Part shown: positions 59,001 through 64,000 of the stretch, piece by piece | Position numbering within the stretch: the first letter of the stretch is position 1 | Layout of the letters: the number at the start of each line of letters is the position of its first letter | Assembly (NCBI GenBank): GCA_030704615.1 | Contig: CM060734.1 | Span: forward strand, 43,896,001-43,960,000 | Direction of reading: 5' to 3' | Source of the DNA: Takakia lepidozioides | Taxonomy: Eukaryota > Plantae > Bryophyta | Length of the DNA stretch: 64,000 nucleotides | Translations under genes and position numbers: made by a program | The notes under the pieces: model-generated | Database searches by the model: none | The model's input: only the letters and a program-made list of their open reading frames with translations | What the model was told of the DNA's origin: nothing

Positions 59001-62000
59001 CTATGAATACAGCAGCACATCCATGACGTTTTTTTTTTCCTCGACCTTCATGGAGATGCGAGTAGTACAGGTTTGTTCGGATAATACCCGTGCGCAAGCT
59101 TCCGCGTAAACCGGCAAGCGGTTGGATCTAGGGGGACTCGGGGACATGTAGTATCCTTGGAAACCGAAAGGTGTCTGCTGATTCGATGACTGGTGCTGAA
59201 CTCTGCAAAGCAAGAAGAGGAATGTGGTATATATTAACATCCAGATATAGACAACGGAAGCCCACTTTCTCGAATGGGAACGACACAAAATGTAACATAT
59301 TTTGCACACGTACACAAGAACTTACTCACACTCAAAATCGGAGTCCACGTCCAGATCCTCGTCAGGCGCTTCGGGCTCCTCCAGAAGTCCCTCTGTGGAT
59401 GGGGCAGAAGTAGTGCCCGACTCAAGCTGACGAAGCTCGCTTGAGAAGAGCTCTGTATCAGCTTCCATGCCGAAGAAGTGCCTTCCGGCGCTCTTGCAAG
59501 CATGAAAACATGCTCCTGCAAATCCAAAAAGAACGAGAAATAAAAACCAGGATTCCCTAAGGTCACTGCCCATATGTCAAACACAATGTGAAGGGCCCCA
59601 CTGTGCCCATAGACAAGTCAACCACTCGTCCACCATGACGGCTGCATGTCTCCACCAAAGTCTGCATGAAAGCTGGAGATTTCTCCCGTGCACCTCTCCA
59701 AGGGACACCATTCGTCCTTTTCATAGTCCGACCCGAGTCGACGTAATTGAAGATAACATCATCCTCCACAGGCTCGCAGGTGGGGTCAATGTGAGCTGCA
59801 AGGTCCCTCAACTGAAACTCAGCAACACCAGCAGGAAGAGTGTCCGTCCGCCTCACCAGGCACAAAGCTTCGAACACTCGTGTCTGTCATTAATCACGAA
59901 GAGGGAATGAGACAGAAGTCATAACCCACCATTTTGATTTACCGGAAAAAACACATCAATTGAAAGGAACCAACTCACTTTGCCCCGGGAACTCGCCCTT
60001 CGTAAGAGGCAGAGTATTGATGCATGTCCAAGTTTTGATGACACGAAACCCGGAAGCTTTCATGTAGCTGAAAAGAGTTCTTCGAGCCGACATGTCCTTT
60101 GACTGCATGAGAAGAAGAGCCCCCGAGTCCGAAAGGAACTTGTTGCTGAACGAGAAAGCCCACTGCCAGTAACGAGAATCCGATTTGTTCCAAGTCGGGG
60201 TCGAATTGGAAGGAAACACATCAGGGACAGCAAAACCGTCAGGAATGTCCAGCACCACAAGGTCAGTCGCGTATGCCTGTTGAACTCCATTCACCCATTC
60301 CGGACTTTTTGTGACCTACAGCCAAAAACATGAGACATTGTAAGAAGCCCAATCCAAATCTAACAGGAGATCAATCCCCTGGACAAGCCACAACAAGCTG
60401 CCAAACACAATTATTCATACAACAGTTTAGACATAAGTTTTCACCTGAGTGAGGAACGAAACAAGCATGTCCCACGATTTCGAGGGCACCCCTTTGAATG
60501 TGGACTTCCTCGACTCATCATTGAAAAAACTTTCATTCAGCACCTTACGATTGAACTGGCCCAAAACCCTGGAGGGATGTTCTCTCGCCTCGAAAACTTG
60601 CTCCCTGGACTTTGAAGTTCTCCTATCCCTCCTTGCAGGAGAAGGCTGTCTTTCAGGAACCTCTGACGGTCCCTGTCCTTGCGGAGCTGCACTTTTCCCT
60701 TCCCCTTCGGATCCCCGACAACCTTCCCTTTCTTTAGGTAGCTTTTTTGCTCTTTGCAGCCAAAGCCGAAATGATTTGTCCTGGATGTCTTTCTCAGCCA
60801 ATGGGGCAATCGCTGCGGCATTGTCGTTCAGGTTTCTCAAAACAACTTCATCATGTGTCCTGTTTGGCAGGTCGAGGTACCACCCACAGTCTCGGAAGTG
60901 CGCCCTGCTCCAGTCTTTGGCAATACCAGCCGTGTACATTGTCTTGTCATTGGAGGGGTCAGCCCATGAATAGATGAAGTCTGGGTCATCGCTAAGGTAC
61001 TTTCCCGGTATGAGGATATGATACATATACCTGAATCACACACAAAAAACCAGACAGTCATTCGATCGAAAACGAAAAAGAACACACATCCGGAAAAAGA
61101 TATTGAAATGCAGGAAGGCAACACTGAGAATTCTACTTTTGAAATCCCGAATCAACCTTGCGTTGACGCAATGTTCATTCGAGCAGAAATGGGGAACACC
61201 AAATGATAATGTTGTATTAATAGAGACAACGACTGAGAAGCGCAATTCAACATTGCTTCAACGCAAGGTTGTTTTTCATTCAGAGAGGAAATGGAAAACA
61301 CTGCCTGAAAACTACCATCAGACTATGTATGGGTGCGGATATTCAACATTGCGTTGGCGCAATGTTGAAATCCTCTGTTGAAAACACATGTCAATGCTAT
61401 CTCATAATCATAAGTTTCCTACAATTGTATTGAAATCGGGGGATGGCTACGGGGAATTTCCAGCAATCCATACCGCCAAACAACCTTGCGTCAACGCAAG
61501 GCTGTTTGTTGGTACAGTGAAAGTTGTAAATAGCATTTCAAACCGACTCCAAACAGTCTTATGTTCATCTTGGCAGCATTGGAACTGGATTTGAACTACC
61601 CAAAACAACAGGAAAAGCTACATAGCCTGCCACTTAATCAACCTTGCGTTGACGCAAGGCTGATTTTCCTATCAGTTTATCCCCTTTCACATTCAGAAAA
61701 ACGGCATTATGGGATACTTAGGTATAGGTAAGGGAAACCAGGACAAAAGGGAAACAACCTTGCGTTAACGCAATGTTGCTCGACTGCACATGCAGAGCCC
61801 TCAGAGATCTCGCAAAGCACTGCAAATTCGCAATTCTTTATGGAAAGAACGACACAAGATTGCAGAAACATTCCCTTCAAGCACCAATTTTGATTCAAGG
61901 AGGTCACACCTGTACAACACTCGCTTCATTGCTTGCTCGCTTGTACTGGTTTTTGAATTCGTAAGACTGGAGATTCCTTTCTCTTTCTCAAACTCCCTGA

Positions 62001-63615
62001 AGAAGCAGTTGTTCCAGACAGCGAGCTTCCATCTCCTGATATAGGCCTCCAGTGTGATCCGGGGGCAAGCCATCTGGATTTTGTAGTCTGCCATCGACTC
62101 AGCAAGTGCAGCCACTGCGCGTTTTTCTAACTGCAACAAGAAAGCTCGTAAGAATTTTCAGAGGTTACGGAGCATCAAAAATGTCTGAAAATGGTTTGGT
62201 TCAAACCTTACCTGGCTCCAGAATGTGGCTTTGTGTAGCCACTGGTCGAATGTATGGTCGCTAACAACTCTTATTGCTTGTGTCTTCGGGTCCCTCTCTG
62301 GAGTTGGGAACATGTTCGTGTCTCTCACAAGAGGATCCGAATTCCATATCTCCAACCACCTGATTTTGGTTGCATTGTCCACCATTGAAATGGAAAGGCG
62401 ATGTAGTTTCTCTTGAGTCATTTCTGGCTTGGAGCCATACTTATCATAGTGTGCTTTCACCTGTTCCAGAAATTCCGTGCCAAGACCTGGGTCTGCTATC
62501 CGGATCTGTTTGTCGAATGCACTCATGAGGTTCTTCCTTTGATTTTTCATCTCGAACTTCATAATGTCCTCAAGCCCAGTTGCAGACCGCTGCTCTTCTG
62601 TGTGGGAATCATAGTACTCTGCTTTCGCCTTCAATCCAGTTTCTGCTATTTCTTGCTGCATACATAACAGGTAAAAAGAATCAAAGACTGCAATTTCATC
62701 ACAAAATTTGCAGTATTAACAGGCAAAAGGTGTCAAAAAGCTTACAGTGTACATGTACTCAAGAAAAGCCTCCCTTGTCAAGCTGTACCATGTGCTTGTC
62801 TTCTTCTCAGCACACCTCTTCATCTGCTGAGGACTGAGCACGTTCGTGAATGACTCCAGTGGCATCAGCCCCTACCTTCTGGATGCGGAATAGAGTGTGG
62901 CACAGATTGGTCGTCACATGAGATGTTTCATTGGACCTGGAAAAAAACCTTCAACTCATAAGATGATTTCAAATTGTCGAAACAAGTAACAGACACAAAG
63001 TTGGAAACTTACTTGTTTATGTCGTGCATGGCTGTCAAGAGCTGCGTGACACGTCCTTTGTGATCGAGAACCATGGAAACCACGCTCCAGTGCCATTCGA
63101 TGTCGTCCGAGTGCAAGCTTGAAATGTAATCCATCCAGGCAAGCAGTCTGTGGTTCCCATCCCAGACAAAAAACATCTTTCCCATGAATGCTTTTTGTGG
63201 AGGCCTTTTTGGACAGCTTGAACTCGAACTCCCTGTTTACATCCCGCCAGCATGCATCCCAACCTTGCTCAATGTCCTCTGTTACAAGACACTCCTCTCC
63301 TTTCGTGTTCATAGTGGATACGTAGAACACTGCTGATCCCTTGACATAGCCGTGAACAAAGTCGTCTTCAACTTCGTTATATCGTTCCTCAAGCCGGTCG
63401 AACAGCGGGCATGGAGATCATCCTGCACAGCGGAATGACCAGGTTTCCGCCCGGAACCTCCATCGACAGAATCACCTTCGACGAGTTCACTTTTTGCCCA
63501 CCAATTATCTCTCGGCCTTGTCTTCATAGTTTCCCTCCAATGCATCTTCCTCACCTTCACCTTCTGACGCGGCCAAATCTTCCCCTCGGATTTCCTTTTT
63601 CTTTTCCTCTGCACA
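59001..63615 (-). pseudogene. Homolog of the ParB-MTase gene, with apparent frameshifts
   Basis: MFFVWDGNHRLLAW (~63135-63175), QEKLHRLS..WLEIWNSDP..WLHKATFWSQ, DLVVLDIPDG, REKSPAFMQTLVETCS..GGRVVDLSMGT|(G)ACFHACKSAGRHFFGMEADTELF, SPPRS..LPVYAEA. Intron positions match copy 1. Frameshifts occur in the ParB exon and at two splice donors. Confidence 0.85.
61152..61778. repeat. Six 24-bp palindromes CAAC(C/A)TTGCG-TTGA-CGCAA(G/T)GTTG inside an intron
   Basis: Copies start at 61153, 61248, 61344, 61481, 61639 and 61755, in both loop orientations (TTGA/TCAA). Confidence 0.92.
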
Positions 63616-63655
63616 GAATGAATTATCTGTGAGTGACAGATGAGCACCCATGGAT

Positions 63656-63967
63656 CAACATTGCTTTGACGCAAGGTTGATTGATGGGGATGTAGTTTAG
63701 ACTGAAAAGCATACAGGAAAAACTTTTCAAGCAAAAAAGTGCTTTGCGTTGACGCAGGGTTCTTTTGGGAGCTTCAACTAATCAACTTTCCCTACCTTAC
63801 ATTTCAGGATATGAGAGATCGGACGCCTCCATTGAACAAAAAACTCATCAAAACCAGCCTTGCGTCAACGCAATGTTGATTCCATGTGCGGCATCTGTTC
63901 GTTTCACTAGAAGTTCTATCATACACAATGGAGGTAGGCATCAACCTTGCGTTGACGCGCAAGGTTG
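63656..63967. repeat. Four more copies of the same palindrome upstream of the gene (probable start of the array of element 2)
   Basis: Copies at ~63656, ~63740, 63855 and 63942, spaced 85-115 bp. The position is equivalent to the 7990-10657 array. Confidence 0.88.
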
Positions 63968-64000
63968 ATTGCGAGCTCTCGGATCGGTGTTGAACAACAC

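Larger units (their letters stand above)
58466..64000 (+). mobile_element. Second, diverged MULE of the same family (left part; runs off the window)
   Basis: The terminus (G-run, GTGAGCC repeats, GGCTCACGCCACGTCAGC) matches 3321-3410. It interrupts the host repeat after TGACAACAG and carries the homologous minus-strand gene. Confidence 0.88.

Overview
Eukaryotic nuclear DNA from a land plant. PLS-type PPR repeats, GT-AG introns and a UFO-like F-box gene suggest a non-seed plant such as a bryophyte, lycophyte or fern (inference). Three host genes look intact: a small LRR protein, an NFD4/nodulin-like MFS transporter and an F-box/kelch protein. A sugar-transporter exon is broken by a Copia element. 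The rest is mostly nested transposons: CACTA remnants carrying PPR fragments, an hAT element with two short relatives, a foldback MITE, a Copia element and two Mutator-like (MULE) elements. The main signal is the 11.9-kb MULE at 3321-15232 (9-bp TSD). It carries a GCM-like/DDE/SWIM transposase and, divergently, an intact 9-exon gene of about 1050 aa. That gene fuses a ParB/Srx-like N-terminal domain to a bacterial-type beta-class DNA amino-methyltransferase fold. Between the two genes is a 23-unit array of 115-116 bp repeats, each with a ~40-bp palindrome. A second, diverged member of the family (58466 to window end) has a homologous gene and its own palindrome, which keeps the core TGCG-TTGn-CGCA but has different arms. 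This looks like a transposon-encoded, sequence-specific protein-plus-binding-array module, analogous to but not evidently homologous with VANDAL/VANC. All domain calls are by eye; no searches were run.
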